64,000 nucleotides of DNA from an uncultured Flavobacteriales bacterium. GTDB taxonomy: Bacteria > Bacteroidota > Bacteroidia > Flavobacteriales_G > Salibacteraceae. Positions within the stretch are counted from its first letter, which is position 1. Each line of letters opens with the position of its first letter. Shown in pieces: positions 1 through 12,481 of this stretch. The notes beneath the pieces were generated by a model. It ran no database searches and had not been told where the DNA came from. It worked only from the letters and a program-made list of their open reading frames with translations. The position numbers and the translations under genes are program-made. The stretch lies in assembly GCA_937121175.1 (NCBI GenBank), contig CAKZKD010000037.1:32000-95999 (forward strand), read 5' to 3'.

Positions 1-239
1 TAGAATTCTTAATTCTCGTGGTGTTGGCTATAAGTTGGTGTTAAGCGAATAAAGCCTTAATTCCGGTCCTATAGTTTGCTTTTAAGAACTACCAAAATTC
101 ATTTTTAAAATTCGTTTTAAAGTCTTTAAATGCCCAATTGTGAAGGTTCTTGTTAGCTTTAGTTTGAAGAATTTAATTTTAGCCTAGAAGCTTCACTATT
201 TCTACATTTGCCGAATGCAGAGATTATTGAATTGAGAAG

Positions 240-695
240 GTGAAGAGTGCTGAAAACACCAAATTTATTGGTCGAGTTGATAGGGCAGATTTTTCTGAGT
301 TGGAATTGGAAGACATTTCAATTAAAATAGATACAGGTGCATATACTTCTTCTATTCATAGCCACCACATTGCGGAAATAATAGAGAGTGAAGGCAAATA
401 CCTTGAATTTGAAATATTAGACCCTGAACACGAACAATACGTTTCTAAAAAAATCCGTACTAAAAACTACGAAGTAAAAGCAGTGAAAAGCTCTAATGGA
501 CTAACTGAAGAACGATTTTTTATAGAAACAACCATTACCTTATTTGAACAAGAATACCCTATAAAACTATCCCTAACGGATAGAGGGCAAATGAAACACC
601 CAATACTTATTGGAAGACGTTTTTTAAGTTCCAAATTTGTGGTGAACACAGACTTGAAAAATCTTTCCTATAAACAAAAGCAAAAAAATCACTAA
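240..695 (+). CDS. RimK-associated retropepsin-like / 'ATP-dependent zinc protease' family protein (RimB-like)
   Basis: 151 aa ORF with a GTG start, immediately upstream of rimK. It has the family-typical motif [13 protein letters not shown] and the conserved position next to rimK. Confidence 0.6.
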   Translation: MKSAENTKFIGRVDRADFSELELEDISIKIDTGAYTSSIHSHHIAEIIESEGKYLEFEILDPEHEQYVSKKIRTKNYEVKAVKSSNGLTEERFFIETTITLFEQEYPIKLSLTDRGQMKHPILIGRRFLSSKFVVNTDLKNLSYKQKQKNH

Positions 696-709
696 CACTA
701 TATCAGTAC

Positions 710-1582
710 ATGAAAATTGCCATTTTATCCCGAAACCCTAATCTTTACTCTACTCAGCGTCTTTATGAAGCTGCAAAAAAAAGAAAACATGAAGTGATTG
801 TTCTCGACCACTTAAAATGCGTAATTGAATTGGAAAAAAAGAAACCGCGTATTTTTTATAATGGAACCTATATTGATGGAATTGATGCAATTATTCCAAG
901 AATTGGGGCTTCGGTTACGTTTTATGGAACGGCTGTGGTTCGTCAGTTTGAAATGATGGGTGTTTTTTCTTCCGTAAAATCACAATCCTTAGTAAACTCC
1001 AGAGATAAGCTGAGAAGTTTACAGATTATGGCAAGAGCGGGAGTGGGGTTACCTAAAACGGTTTTTACCAATTATACCAAAGATGTAAACCATGTAATTG
1101 ATTCGGTTGGTGGGGCACCTTTGATAATCAAATTACTTGAAGGAACCCAAGGATTAGGTGTGGTTTTGGCAGAAACGCAGAATGCTGCGAGTTCTGTTAT
1201 TGAGGCATTTAATGGATTAAAAGCTAGAGTAATTGCGCAAGAATTTGTGAAGGAAGCTGGTGGTGCTGATATTCGTGCATTTGTGGTTGATGGTCACGTA
1301 GTTGGCGCCATGAAAAGACAGGGTAAAAAAGGGGAGTTTCGATCTAATTTGCACCGCGGAGGAAGCGCCGAGGTTATTGAATTAACTGACGAAGAGGAAC
1401 TTACTGCAATTAAAGCCGCGAAGGCAATTGGACTAGGAGTTGCTGGAGTAGATATGTTGCAATCATCCAAAGGACCTTTGGTTCTGGAGGTAAATTCATC
1501 TCCAGGATTAGAAGGCATTGAAGGAGCCACAAAAAAGGACATAGCACGAGAAATAATAAAGTTTATTGAGCGCAATGTATAG
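710..1582 (+). CDS. rimK: Ribosomal protein S6 L-glutamate ligase RimK (ATP-grasp)
   Basis: 290 aa. The N-terminus [18 protein letters not shown], the ATP-grasp core ([25 protein letters not shown]) and the C-terminal [13 protein letters not shown] are typical of RimK. Confidence 0.9.
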   Translation: MKIAILSRNPNLYSTQRLYEAAKKRKHEVIVLDHLKCVIELEKKKPRIFYNGTYIDGIDAIIPRIGASVTFYGTAVVRQFEMMGVFSSVKSQSLVNSRDKLRSLQIMARAGVGLPKTVFTNYTKDVNHVIDSVGGAPLIIKLLEGTQGLGVVLAETQNAASSVIEAFNGLKARVIAQEFVKEAGGADIRAFVVDGHVVGAMKRQGKKGEFRSNLHRGGSAEVIELTDEEELTAIKAAKAIGLGVAGVDMLQSSKGPLVLEVNSSPGLEGIEGATKKDIAREIIKFIERNV

Positions 1583-2534
1583 TTCTGAATTGGTAATTCT
1601 TGGCAATGAAATAAAACCCGGCCAAAGTGTGAGCTTGGAAATGGAAGTTGCCAAATTACATACGCGCAACAGCCTTAGAATTCCTGTTATTGTTGAACGT
1701 TCAAAGATTAGCGGTCCAACTTTGTTGTGCATGGGAGGAGTACACGGTGATGAAATGAACGGTGTTGCTATAGTCCGCGATATTATTCGGAAGAAGTATA
1801 ACAAGCCTCTTATTGGTACTATTATTTGTATTCCTGTATTTAATGTATTTGGCTACTTAAATCAACAACGGGAATTCCCTGACGGAAGAGATTTAAATCG
1901 AATGTTTCCTGGGTCAAAAGATGGATCCCTGGCGAGTCAGTTTGCACATGCTTTTACTAAGGAAATTGCTCCAAAAGTTGATTACGTAATGGATTTTCAT
2001 ACTGGTGGTGCAGAACGGTTCAATTACCCTAATGCACGTTGCGACCTCAAAGATCCTAAACTGGTGAAATTAGCTATGGTTTTTGGTGCTCCATTCATAG
2101 TTAACTCAACGTATATTCCTAAATCTGTTCGAGATTTGTTTCATAAAATGGGAACACCTATCTTATTGTTTGAAGGTGGTAAATCTCTTGAATTGGATCC
2201 AGAAGTGGTGGAGTGTGGAGTGCAAGGTGCGTATAACGTAATGAAGCATTTGGGAATGCAACAAGGAGAACCTGATGGTGATTCAAATCCAATTGTAATC
2301 AAAAAAAGCAAATGGATAAGAGCGCAATATTCTGGAATATTTGAAACGAGAGTGAAAAACGGAACTTGTGTTAAGAAAAAATCTGTTATTGCGAGAATAT
2401 CAGATCCTTTTGGTGATTTTGAAAAGCGAATTTTAGCCCCTTTCGATTGCTATATTTTTGGTCTAAATACCACCTCAATTGTAAATAAAGGTGATGCAAT
2501 TTTTCACGTTAGCGTAGAAACCGAAAATGATTGA
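1566..2534 (+). CDS. Succinylglutamate desuccinylase/aspartoacylase (AstE/AspA) family zinc hydrolase
   Basis: 322 aa with the zinc motif [10 protein letters not shown] and a later DFHTGG. It overlaps the rimK stop by 17 nt. Confidence 0.8.
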   Translation: MSAMYSSELVILGNEIKPGQSVSLEMEVAKLHTRNSLRIPVIVERSKISGPTLLCMGGVHGDEMNGVAIVRDIIRKKYNKPLIGTIICIPVFNVFGYLNQQREFPDGRDLNRMFPGSKDGSLASQFAHAFTKEIAPKVDYVMDFHTGGAERFNYPNARCDLKDPKLVKLAMVFGAPFIVNSTYIPKSVRDLFHKMGTPILLFEGGKSLELDPEVVECGVQGAYNVMKHLGMQQGEPDGDSNPIVIKKSKWIRAQYSGIFETRVKNGTCVKKKSVIARISDPFGDFEKRILAPFDCYIFGLNTTSIVNKGDAIFHVSVETEND

Positions 2535-2561
2535 TAATAAAGGTGGAGGCTGAAATTATTT

Positions 2562-3383
2562 CTAGTTTCCAGCCGAACCATAGTTATTGTGGAACGCATT
2601 GGAAATCATTCCGAAGCCAATAGCTGTTATCATTTGTGTGCGCACTGCTTTACCGTCTTGCTGTCCAGGTATCCAGTCTACATTTTTAATCAATCGCAAT
2701 GCCTCTTGCGTGCAACCGCCATTCATTGCTTTTCGAACGTCAATGTTGCTAATTTTTCCGCTAGGTTCAATTACGAAGGCAACGACCACTTCGCCTTTTA
2801 AATTCAGTTTTAGGGCCGCTTCTGGATATCGCATTTTCTTAGATATGTAGTGATTGAAGCTGTTGTAATTGCCATCTTTAAACACAGGTTCAGGTTTCAC
2901 TTCCACCATTTTAATAAAATAAACTTTTGCCGTAGAGTCAATTGGAATTACAGGGTAGGCAATGGATTGATATCCGCGTTTTTTGTAAAGCTTTACCCAC
3001 TTTTTTAAATTGAATTCAACGGTGAACTCATCACGAACGTTCATGTGGGTAGGGCGGTTGTCGTTTTTTGACCATTGAATTTTTTTGAAAACCCGCGTTG
3101 CTTCCTCATTGAAAATGGGGGAGCTGCTCGATTTGATTTTTAGGTCAGAAATTTCACCATTAGGATGTAAAATGAACGCAAATGTTACGCTTCCTTCGGT
3201 ATGACTCTTTATTGCTTTAGAAGGATATTGAAACTCATTAAAAAACAAACGTTCTACATCTTTTTCACCGCCAACTGGTTGATTGGTTACTTTGCTGTAA
3301 GGTTTGTAATAAAAGGTTTGTGCATTCGCCGAAAAGGCCGAAAACAGAAATACGGTAAGAATAAAAGTTAACAACCTAATCAT
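2562..3383 (-). CDS. TonB C-terminal domain protein (two TonB_C-like modules), secreted
   Basis: Signal peptide MIRLLTFILTVFLFSAFSANA. It has two modules of the type PSKAIKSHTEGSVTFAFILHPNGEISD and YPEAALKLNLKGEVVVAFVIEPSGKISN. Confidence 0.7.
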   Translation of the reverse strand: MIRLLTFILTVFLFSAFSANAQTFYYKPYSKVTNQPVGGEKDVERLFFNEFQYPSKAIKSHTEGSVTFAFILHPNGEISDLKIKSSSSPIFNEEATRVFKKIQWSKNDNRPTHMNVRDEFTVEFNLKKWVKLYKKRGYQSIAYPVIPIDSTAKVYFIKMVEVKPEPVFKDGNYNSFNHYISKKMRYPEAALKLNLKGEVVVAFVIEPSGKISNIDVRKAMNGGCTQEALRLIKNVDWIPGQQDGKAVRTQMITAIGFGMISNAFHNNYGSAGN

Positions 3384-3455
3384 AACAACTGCTGAATTAA
3401 TTAATGGGTTAAAACTAGTGCAAAGCTACATTTGTGACAAGAAAAGGTCAACTTC

Positions 3456-4010
3456 ATGATTAAAAGGAAGCACGAATTAATATTGATGAATAAGGGAAAC
3501 CTAATTCTAGCTCTGTTCACCGCTATGGTCTCAATTATTTCCTGTGCTGAAAATGAAACGAATCCAACGAAAAAAGAAAAAAAACCACCTACTCAAGAAG
3601 AGTTGTTCGATATGAATCGAAGGCTTATGAACGAAGAAAAAACTCGGATTGGACATTTCATTAAACGCAAGCGTTGGCCGGTACAAAATTCTGGCACTGG
3701 ATTAAAATATTGGATTTACGAAGAAACTAGTGGAGACACCATTTCACAAAAAGATTTGGTTAAAGTTCGATACGTTATCACCTTAATGACGGGTGATACC
3801 TGCTACAATCGCTGGAATAATCCGGAAGAGTTTACCGTTGATTATGATCAAGTAGAATCAGGACTGCACGAAGGAATAAAATACATGAGAAAAGGGGAGA
3901 GAGCCAAATTGATTTTACCACCGCATTTAGCACATGGACTAGTTGGTGATATGAATAAAATACCGATGAACGCAACACTTATTTACGATATTCAAGTACT
4001 TGACGAATGA
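3456..4010 (+). CDS. FKBP-type peptidyl-prolyl cis-trans isomerase lipoprotein (GldI-like position, not verified)
   Basis: Lipobox-like SIISC and an FKBP core (GLKYWIYEETSGD, VKVRYVITLMTG, LILPPHLAHG). The true start could be Met11 at 3486. Confidence 0.85.
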   Translation: MIKRKHELILMNKGNLILALFTAMVSIISCAENETNPTKKEKKPPTQEELFDMNRRLMNEEKTRIGHFIKRKRWPVQNSGTGLKYWIYEETSGDTISQKDLVKVRYVITLMTGDTCYNRWNNPEEFTVDYDQVESGLHEGIKYMRKGERAKLILPPHLAHGLVGDMNKIPMNATLIYDIQVLDE

Positions 4011-4867
4011 GAGTCTGGTTAATCATTTGTTGTTTTTTTCTCGTTTCATGCGATCAAAAATTGATGGATGGCTGGTCAGAATTGGAGGACAATGTGTATT
4101 TCAAAATTCACACCTTGGGCGATGGAGAGCAAAAGGCAGGTGATGGAGATAAGATTTTTGCTCAATTAGACATTTACGGTGCTTCTGGTAAATTGATTTA
4201 CCGGAATAATCTTTCGAGTGGTGCTTTGCACAGATTCAACGTTTCTAGTTCTAATAGCATTTGGAACAAAATGTTTATGGTGATGCATGAAGGTGACTCT
4301 GCAACGTTTTCAATGAATGGCAATAAATTAGATTTGGCAAAACTTACGCAAGATAAGGTGGTGTCTTATCCGGAAGAACTTACCCTAGCTGTAAAAATAT
4401 GGCGTTTGGAAACACATCGAGATCAATTGGCTAACAATATGAAGGAGGCTCCCGCAGATTTGGAGTTATTGGAACTGAACAACTTAAAAACCTATTTAGA
4501 TTCCAATAATTTGACTGATAAATTCCATTTTGTGGATGGTATTTTCGTTCAATATATAAAACGTGGAAATGGCGCTAAAGTCCAGTCTGGACAGAGCATT
4601 TGGATAAATTATAAAGGTCAATTTCTGAATGGAAAAGAGTTTGATAACACGTACAAGAGAGGGCAAATGCTCGATTTTCAGTTGGGTAAACCCGATCAAG
4701 TCATACGGGGTTTTGAGATTGCCTTGAGCAAAATGAATGAAGGTGATAAGGTTAGGTTGTACCTCCCTTCTAGTTATGCCTTTGGGGGACAAGGGTCATC
4801 GAACGGACAAGTTCCTCCGTTTACTTCCGTGATGTACGAATTAGAATTATATAAGATTAGTTCCTAA
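4007..4867 (+). CDS. FKBP-type peptidyl-prolyl isomerase lipoprotein
   Basis: Lipobox FLVSC and a C-terminal FKBP domain (WINYKGQFLNGKEFDNTY, RLYLPSSYAFGGQG). An ATGA overlap links it to the preceding FKBP gene. Confidence 0.85.
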   Translation: MRVWLIICCFFLVSCDQKLMDGWSELEDNVYFKIHTLGDGEQKAGDGDKIFAQLDIYGASGKLIYRNNLSSGALHRFNVSSSNSIWNKMFMVMHEGDSATFSMNGNKLDLAKLTQDKVVSYPEELTLAVKIWRLETHRDQLANNMKEAPADLELLELNNLKTYLDSNNLTDKFHFVDGIFVQYIKRGNGAKVQSGQSIWINYKGQFLNGKEFDNTYKRGQMLDFQLGKPDQVIRGFEIALSKMNEGDKVRLYLPSSYAFGGQGSSNGQVPPFTSVMYELELYKISS

Positions 4868-5264
4868 TTACTAGCTTTCCGCCTAGGATTGCCATGGGAA
4901 TGTAGGCTACAATTATGTCCAGTGCGGTAAACCAAACGGGTCCAGGTAACATCATGTTTACCATAATTCCACCCAAAAGAAACAAACCGCCAATTGCATA
5001 AGCAAATTTCATTTTATGAGAGGCTGCAATAACCGCTGCCAAACTTGCTCCAACCAAGGTTCCTAAAGCGTGCGCTAAAAAAGGAAAAACAAAAGATTCC
5101 GGACCTAACGTAGGCATTACTTCCGCAAGTGCCTTCATGTCGTTAGGGTCAATACCTTCGAGTGGAAAAATAGAATATCCAACCTGAATAAGGCCCATGT
5201 TTACAATTGAACCTCCTAGCCAACCACCAACAACGGCGAGTACATTTCTTAAAATAGGGTGCAT
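4857..5264 (-). CDS. Hypothetical small integral membrane protein
   Basis: 135 aa with about four hydrophobic Gly/Ala-rich segments. I recognise no family. Confidence 0.5.
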   Translation of the reverse strand: MHPILRNVLAVVGGWLGGSIVNMGLIQVGYSIFPLEGIDPNDMKALAEVMPTLGPESFVFPFLAHALGTLVGASLAAVIAASHKMKFAYAIGGLFLLGGIMVNMMLPGPVWFTALDIIVAYIPMAILGGKLVIRN

Positions 5265-5361
5265 AATTTTTGTTTTAGAATTGCAATGAATAGAAGAATC
5301 TAAAGTACTGAGATTTTAATAAGCTACAAATTTGAATACAAACGCATTGGTTTGTGTTGGT

Positions 5362-6441
5362 TTATAAGGCAGCAATCTCTTCACTCAAACCGTCAATCCC
5401 ACCTGTAACTGAAAAAGCCTTTCGATTTAAACCCACAGAAAACAATTGCGCAGCCTTTAAACTCCTCCCGCCTTTTTGGCAAATAAAAATTGGAGTGGAG
5501 CCCTCATGTATTTGATTAGTTTCAAAAGTGCTTAGTGGTAAATTTTTTCCGCCAACATTGTGGTTTTTAAATTCATCCGCCTCACGAACATCAATCAATT
5601 GGGAGTTTTCTTTATTCAAGAGTATTTGGGCTTCCTTGAAAGAAATCTCTTTAACCAATGGATTGAACCCACAGAAAATCTCATAACTTTCTAGTAATTC
5701 AGAAATCGAGGCATGCGTTTCGTTTCGGTCGAACTCCAATATTTGCTGAGTGTTATTCAGAGTATTTATGCACAGTAGCTTTCCAGTTAAAGGTTCACCG
5801 ATTCCGGTTATCACTTTAATGGTTTCCATGGCTTGGTAGTTTCCAATAATTCCAGGTAAGACACCAATCACACCAATTTCACTGCAAGAAGGCACGCTGC
5901 CCAGCGCGGGAGGTTCTGGGAACAGACAACGATAAGTCGATCCATTTTTGTAATTAAACACACTTACTTGCCCTTCAAACTTGAAGATACTTCCATGAAT
6001 CAATGGTTTGTTGCAAATAACCGCCGCATCGTTGCACAAATAGCGTGTGGCAAAATTATCTGTGCCGTCAAGGATTACATCGTATTCAGAAAAGAGTACA
6101 ATTGCATTTGCTGTAGTTAGAAACTCAGGAATTGCATCAATGGAAACAAAAGGATTTTGTTTGGAAAGCTTTTCAGCGGCAACTTCAGCCTTACTTTTTC
6201 CAATGTCTTCAGAACCAAATAATACTTGTCGTTGAAGGTTTGACTCTTCAATGTTATCTCCGTCAACTATACCAATAGTTCCAACGCCAGCAGCAGCTAA
6301 ATAGAGTAGTGCCGGACAACCAAGACCGCCGGCACCAATTACCAACACCTTGGCATTCTTTAATTTAAGTTGTGCTGCTTCACCAAATTCAGGCAAAATG
6401 AGGTGGCGGTCGTAACGCGTTCTTTCTTCTGCGCTAAGCAT
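5362..6441 (-). CDS. thiF: ThiF/MoeB-type adenylyltransferase with C-terminal rhodanese domain
   Basis: RYDRHLILPEFG and the nucleotide-binding VLVIGAGGLGCP. The C-terminal rhodanese loop is ICQKGGRS. It is the last gene of the thi operon. Confidence 0.85.
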   Translation of the reverse strand: MLSAEERTRYDRHLILPEFGEAAQLKLKNAKVLVIGAGGLGCPALLYLAAAGVGTIGIVDGDNIEESNLQRQVLFGSEDIGKSKAEVAAEKLSKQNPFVSIDAIPEFLTTANAIVLFSEYDVILDGTDNFATRYLCNDAAVICNKPLIHGSIFKFEGQVSVFNYKNGSTYRCLFPEPPALGSVPSCSEIGVIGVLPGIIGNYQAMETIKVITGIGEPLTGKLLCINTLNNTQQILEFDRNETHASISELLESYEIFCGFNPLVKEISFKEAQILLNKENSQLIDVREADEFKNHNVGGKNLPLSTFETNQIHEGSTPIFICQKGGRSLKAAQLFSVGLNRKAFSVTGGIDGLSEEIAAL

Positions 6442-7576
6442 GTTCTTTTTCGCTAGTCTTTATAGTATTCCAAAGCGATGCATCCCAATCCTTCCAAACG
6501 GGTTCGTAACCAGCATTAGAAATCATTTCAGCTATTTCTTTTGGGCTTCGGTCGTCGTCTATTTCGAATTGTTCTAAAGATTGTGGTTCTACGGCATAGC
6601 CGCCAGGGTTCGTTTTAGAGCCTGCGCTAGTACTTGTTATTCCTAGTTTGATAACATGGTCTCGGAACTTGGGCGCTTCTCGTGTAGAAAGGCTCAATTC
6701 GACTTCTTCATTAAAAATTCTGTACGCACAAATGAGTTGTACCAATTCACGGTCACTTATTTCCACTTTGGGTTGCAGTTCGCCTTCGTGCGGTCGGAGT
6801 CTTGGGAATGAAATGGAATATTTCGTTTGCCAATAGTTACGCTCCAAATAATCGAGGTGAAGGGCAGTAAAGAAGCTATCTACTCGCCAGTCTTCTAAAC
6901 CTATTAAACAACCCACCCCAATTTTGTGGATTCCTGCTTTGCCCAATCGGTCTGGGGTATCCAGTCTATAATCAAAATTCGATTTCTTTCCTTTTGGATG
7001 ATGTTTTTTATAATCTGCTCGGTGATACGTTTCTTGATAAACCAAAACGGTGTTCAACCCTGAAGGAATCAGTTTTTCGTAATCATTTTGGTCTAAGGGC
7101 TGAACCTCAATGGCTATGTGAGAGAAATGTTCTTGCACTAATTTTATCGCATTATTGATGTAGTCAACACCTACAGTGGTATTGGCTTCTCCCGTTACCA
7201 ATAACAAATGGTCAAAACCCAATTCTTTTATTGCTTTTACTTCGTCTAGAATCTCTTTATCGGTAAGTGTTCTACGAGCTATTTTATTCGTGAAACTAAA
7301 ACCACAGTAAGTACAAATGTTTTGGCATTCGTTCGAGAGGTACATTGGTACATACATCTGAATCGTTTTTCCAAAACGCTTTTGGGTGAGTTCGTGACTC
7401 AACTTTGCCATTTGCTCCAAGTAAGGCGCGGCGGCAGGGGAGATTAACGCCTTGAAATCTTCAATATCTCGGGTTGGTTTATTTAAAGTACGTTCAACAT
7501 CAGCCGAAGTCTTCGAGTAAATCGAAGTCTTGGTGGTTTCCCAATCGTAAGTATCAAAAAGCGCTTTGAAACTCAT
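6434..7576 (-). CDS. thiH: 2-iminoacetate synthase ThiH (radical SAM)
   Basis: Radical-SAM cysteine triad CQNICTYCGF, a length of 380 aa, and a position between thiG and thiF. Confidence 0.9.
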   Translation of the reverse strand: MSFKALFDTYDWETTKTSIYSKTSADVERTLNKPTRDIEDFKALISPAAAPYLEQMAKLSHELTQKRFGKTIQMYVPMYLSNECQNICTYCGFSFTNKIARRTLTDKEILDEVKAIKELGFDHLLLVTGEANTTVGVDYINNAIKLVQEHFSHIAIEVQPLDQNDYEKLIPSGLNTVLVYQETYHRADYKKHHPKGKKSNFDYRLDTPDRLGKAGIHKIGVGCLIGLEDWRVDSFFTALHLDYLERNYWQTKYSISFPRLRPHEGELQPKVEISDRELVQLICAYRIFNEEVELSLSTREAPKFRDHVIKLGITSTSAGSKTNPGGYAVEPQSLEQFEIDDDRSPKEIAEMISNAGYEPVWKDWDASLWNTIKTSEKEHA

Positions 7577-7577
7577 G

Positions 7578-8345
7578 TTACAATTCGTCTAAAAATGAAG
7601 TAAGCGGACTACTAGCATTTGCGCCAGAGCTTACCGCTCCCAATTTTGCTTCATAAGCCATTCTACCGGCTTGTGTCGCCAATTTGAATGCCTTTGCCAT
7701 TTCAATCGGATTGTCAGCGACGGCAATTGCGGTGTTTACCAATACAGCATCTGCGCCCAATTCCATGGCTTTTGCCGCGTCAGAAGGTGCGCCAATTCCA
7801 GCATCCACCACAACGGGAACGTTGGATTGCTCAATGATAATTTCTAAAAAGTCAATGGTTTTAATGCCTTTATTACTGCCAATTGGAGCGCCCAAGGGCA
7901 TTACAGCAGCCGTACCGACTTCTTCCAGTCGTTTGCACAAAACTGGGTCTGCGTGAATGTATGGTAAGACAACAAAGCCCAACTTTACCAATTCCTCAGC
8001 TGCGGCTAAGGTTTCAATGGGGTCAGGCAATAAATACTTTGGGTCGGGGTGAATTTCTAGTTTTAACCAATTGGTTTCTAGGGCCTCACGAGCTAATTCA
8101 GCTGCAAAGACAGCCTCTTTGGCGTTTCGGACACCAGAAGTGTTGGGCAGCAGCGAAATGTGATTAGCAGAAAGGTGTTGAAGCATTTTGTCCTGCTCGT
8201 CGTTTAAATCAACGCGTTTCAATGCTACGGTTACCAATTCAGAGCCTGATGCTACAATGGCTTCGCCCATATTCTCAGACGAACGGAACTTGCCCGTACC
8301 CGTGAATAAGCGACTTTCGAATTGTTTATCAGCTATTTGTAACAT
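7578..8345 (-). CDS. thiG: Thiazole synthase ThiG
   Basis: 255 aa with [28 protein letters not shown] and [12 protein letters not shown], which are typical ThiG blocks. Confidence 0.95.
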   Translation of the reverse strand: MLQIADKQFESRLFTGTGKFRSSENMGEAIVASGSELVTVALKRVDLNDEQDKMLQHLSANHISLLPNTSGVRNAKEAVFAAELAREALETNWLKLEIHPDPKYLLPDPIETLAAAEELVKLGFVVLPYIHADPVLCKRLEEVGTAAVMPLGAPIGSNKGIKTIDFLEIIIEQSNVPVVVDAGIGAPSDAAKAMELGADAVLVNTAIAVADNPIEMAKAFKLATQAGRMAYEAKLGAVSSGANASSPLTSFLDEL

Positions 8346-8985
8346 CTACTTTTTGCTTTGAAATTGTCAATTCGTTTTGAAAAGCCGAAACCTTTTCGTG
8401 CCAGTTTTCTGAGTTGATTATTGCTCCAGAAATAGCTATTCCAAACACTCCAGTATCGGTAAGTGATTTTACGTCCTCGGTTTCAATTCCACCAATGGCA
8501 ATGATAGGAGTGGTGATGTTTTTAGTGCGCATTTGGTCAAGAATTGACCGATAACCCTTAACGCCCAATTCTGGACTCAGCTTTTCTTTTGTTGTCGTAA
8601 AACGATAAGGGCCTAGTCCAATGTAATCCGCGCCAGCTTCATAAGCTTTGTAGATATCTTCAATGGTATTGCAAGTGGCACCAATCAATAATTTGCCTTC
8701 AGTGAGTGCTTTTGCAGATAGAATAGGCATATCGTCTTTACCCAAATGACAAGCGTCGGCTTTGCATTGAATGGCAACGTCTAAATGGTCATTGATACAC
8801 AGCTTTACGTTGTGTTCGGAAGTTATTGCACGAGCTTCTTTTGCTAGTTCTTTAATCTCTTCCTTGCTTTTTGCTTTAATACGCACTTGAATCCATTCAA
8901 CGCCTGCTTCGCAAGCCTTACGAACCTGTTCGAGTTGTTCCTCGGGTTCATTTGAATGGGTAATAAAATGTAGGTTCTTAATCAT
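8329..8985 (-). CDS. thiE: Thiamine-phosphate synthase ThiE
   Basis: 218 aa TMP-synthase (TIM barrel) signature: [41 protein letters not shown]. Confidence 0.9.
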   Translation of the reverse strand: MIKNLHFITHSNEPEEQLEQVRKACEAGVEWIQVRIKAKSKEEIKELAKEARAITSEHNVKLCINDHLDVAIQCKADACHLGKDDMPILSAKALTEGKLLIGATCNTIEDIYKAYEAGADYIGLGPYRFTTTKEKLSPELGVKGYRSILDQMRTKNITTPIIAIGGIETEDVKSLTDTGVFGIAISGAIINSENWHEKVSAFQNELTISKQKVDVTNS

Positions 8986-8991
8986 GGTATT

Positions 8992-9771
8992 TTATTGATA
9001 GTGATAGGCTAGGAGCGACTTATTGCTCTTTAAAGCCCGTTCTATATAGCGTTTACTTTTTAATAGTGACTGATGCATCGGATATCCCAATGCCAAATGG
9101 CAAGCTAGGGCAGTTGACAAAATGCAACCCGAGCCGTGTTTTTCGGAGTAAGTTCCTGGCTTAGGATTTAGTTTTTTGATTCCGCTGGAATCGGCAAAAT
9201 AATCGACCCCAATTTTATCATCCTGACGACTCCCGAAAGCTATCGGGACAGGATGCCCTCCAGTTAAGTAAACGTTTGTTTTAGTTCTTAATATTTCTAG
9301 TGATTTTTTTGAGTTTTCAATTTTAGATAAAACACTCAATTCATTTGAGTTAGGTGTGATTACCGAAACTTTTGATAGAATTGAATCGTAATCTGTTTTT
9401 GAATCGAAATTGAAGAAAGTAGTACTGTCACTTGCTTTTAAAACGGGGTCCCAAATAAGTAATGCATTCGGCCATAATTTTCCAGCAGTTTCAACAATAA
9501 TTTCCAGCATTTCCACGCTTTGAACGATACCGATTTTAATCGCTTTAAAATCAACATGAGCCAACGCTTCGCATTGTTCTACTATGTATTCGTTCGAAAG
9601 CCAATTTACATTCAGTACTTTGTCTTCGCGTTGAACAGTATTAGCCGTTAATACAGACATACCGTAACACCGCAAGCGTTCCGTTGTTTTGATATCTGCC
9701 AATACACCAGCTCCGCCAGTGGGGTCAAAGCCACCAATAGTCAAAACGTATGGACGTGCAGGTTTTAGCAT
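8992..9771 (-). CDS. thiD: Hydroxymethylpyrimidine/phosphomethylpyrimidine kinase ThiD
   Basis: VLTIGGFDPTGGAGVLADIKT at the N-terminus and a GSGCILSTALA anion hole, placing it in the ribokinase-like family. Confidence 0.9.
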   Translation of the reverse strand: MLKPARPYVLTIGGFDPTGGAGVLADIKTTERLRCYGMSVLTANTVQREDKVLNVNWLSNEYIVEQCEALAHVDFKAIKIGIVQSVEMLEIIVETAGKLWPNALLIWDPVLKASDSTTFFNFDSKTDYDSILSKVSVITPNSNELSVLSKIENSKKSLEILRTKTNVYLTGGHPVPIAFGSRQDDKIGVDYFADSSGIKKLNPKPGTYSEKHGSGCILSTALACHLALGYPMHQSLLKSKRYIERALKSNKSLLAYHYQ

Positions 9772-10355
9772 GCTTCAGCTTTCTCTTGAATTGCTCTTTG
9801 AATTTCCTTAAAACTCTCCAATGGACTCTTCTTGGAATGCCAAATAGCACCCAATGCGGCCGCACCATTGAAGTTTAAGTCTTTCGCCTTGATAATGGTT
9901 TGCACATCAACACCTCCGAGAGCAAGTACTCTGGTTGTTCGTTCTCTAGGAATACGGTCTAATTCTGGATTAGCAGCGTAATTCTCTTTCGAGATACTTT
10001 CGAAAATAGGGCTGAGGGTGCAAGAGTCAATATGTCCGTCAATTTGCTCGAACTCCTCCAAACTATGTACAGAAACAGAATCACAAGGTTGAACTTCACC
10101 TTGAATTACGGAGAACTTAAATTGCAAATGCAATTTGCAACCGAATTGTTCCGCTAATTTTCTGTGGTAATGCACGTAAATACGACTCCGATATTTTTCT
10201 GGAATAGAGGAGAGGTACACCTTCAACTCTGCTACGCTAGCGTCAGGCTTTCGTAGATGAAAACGCTGTAAGCCAGCGTCTAATAATCCTACAACGTGCT
10301 CTGTTTCATTCGGATAAGTCCCTTCGTGGGAGAATACAGCTACTTCGAACGACAT
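9765..10355 (-). CDS. Second, divergent ThiE-family protein (possibly a TenI-like thiazole tautomerase)
   Basis: 196 aa with ThiE/TenI-like blocks (RFHLRKPDAS, LSPIFESISKENY, VLALGGV). It is much more diverged than the 8329-8985 copy. Confidence 0.65.
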   Translation of the reverse strand: MSFEVAVFSHEGTYPNETEHVVGLLDAGLQRFHLRKPDASVAELKVYLSSIPEKYRSRIYVHYHRKLAEQFGCKLHLQFKFSVIQGEVQPCDSVSVHSLEEFEQIDGHIDSCTLSPIFESISKENYAANPELDRIPRERTTRVLALGGVDVQTIIKAKDLNFNGAAALGAIWHSKKSPLESFKEIQRAIQEKAEAC

Positions 10356-10356
10356 A

Positions 10357-12219
<1,863 letters not shown>

Positions 12220-12423
12220 TTATCCTCCTTGAGTAGCTTTTATTATCGTGATTTTATCGTTGTTCGAAAGGGTAGTAGCCGCCCACTTGGATTTGGTAAC
12301 TACCTTGTTGTTTAGGGCAATCGCAATACCTTTTTGTTCTGTCATATTCAAATCGTTAAGCAAGTCAAATAATGGACTGTTCTCCTCGATTTCTTTTGCA
12401 GTATTGTTTACGATTACCTCCAT
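12220..12423 (-). CDS. thiS: Sulfur-carrier protein ThiS
   Basis: 67 aa ending in the diglycine ...KATQGG. It is the first gene after the TPP riboswitch. Confidence 0.85.
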   Translation of the reverse strand: MEVIVNNTAKEIEENSPLFDLLNDLNMTEQKGIAIALNNKVVTKSKWAATTLSNNDKITIIKATQGG

Positions 12424-12481
12424 ATTTATTCTTCTAAAGTTGTTTTGGAGGAAAAGCTACGAATTGTAGCTCAATGAATGA

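Noticed and set aside
1-239. Possible RNA gene in the 5-prime non-coding stretch
   Set aside because: It is AT-rich, with no cloverleaf or other conserved RNA signature that I can detect. It is most likely the promoter region of the rimK operon, cut off by the window edge.
9765-10355. Second thiE as a decaying pseudogene
   Set aside because: The reading frame is intact, is tightly coupled to its neighbours (thiC stop 1 nt upstream, 7-nt overlap with thiD), and retains family blocks. A functional paralogue, TenI-like, is more likely.
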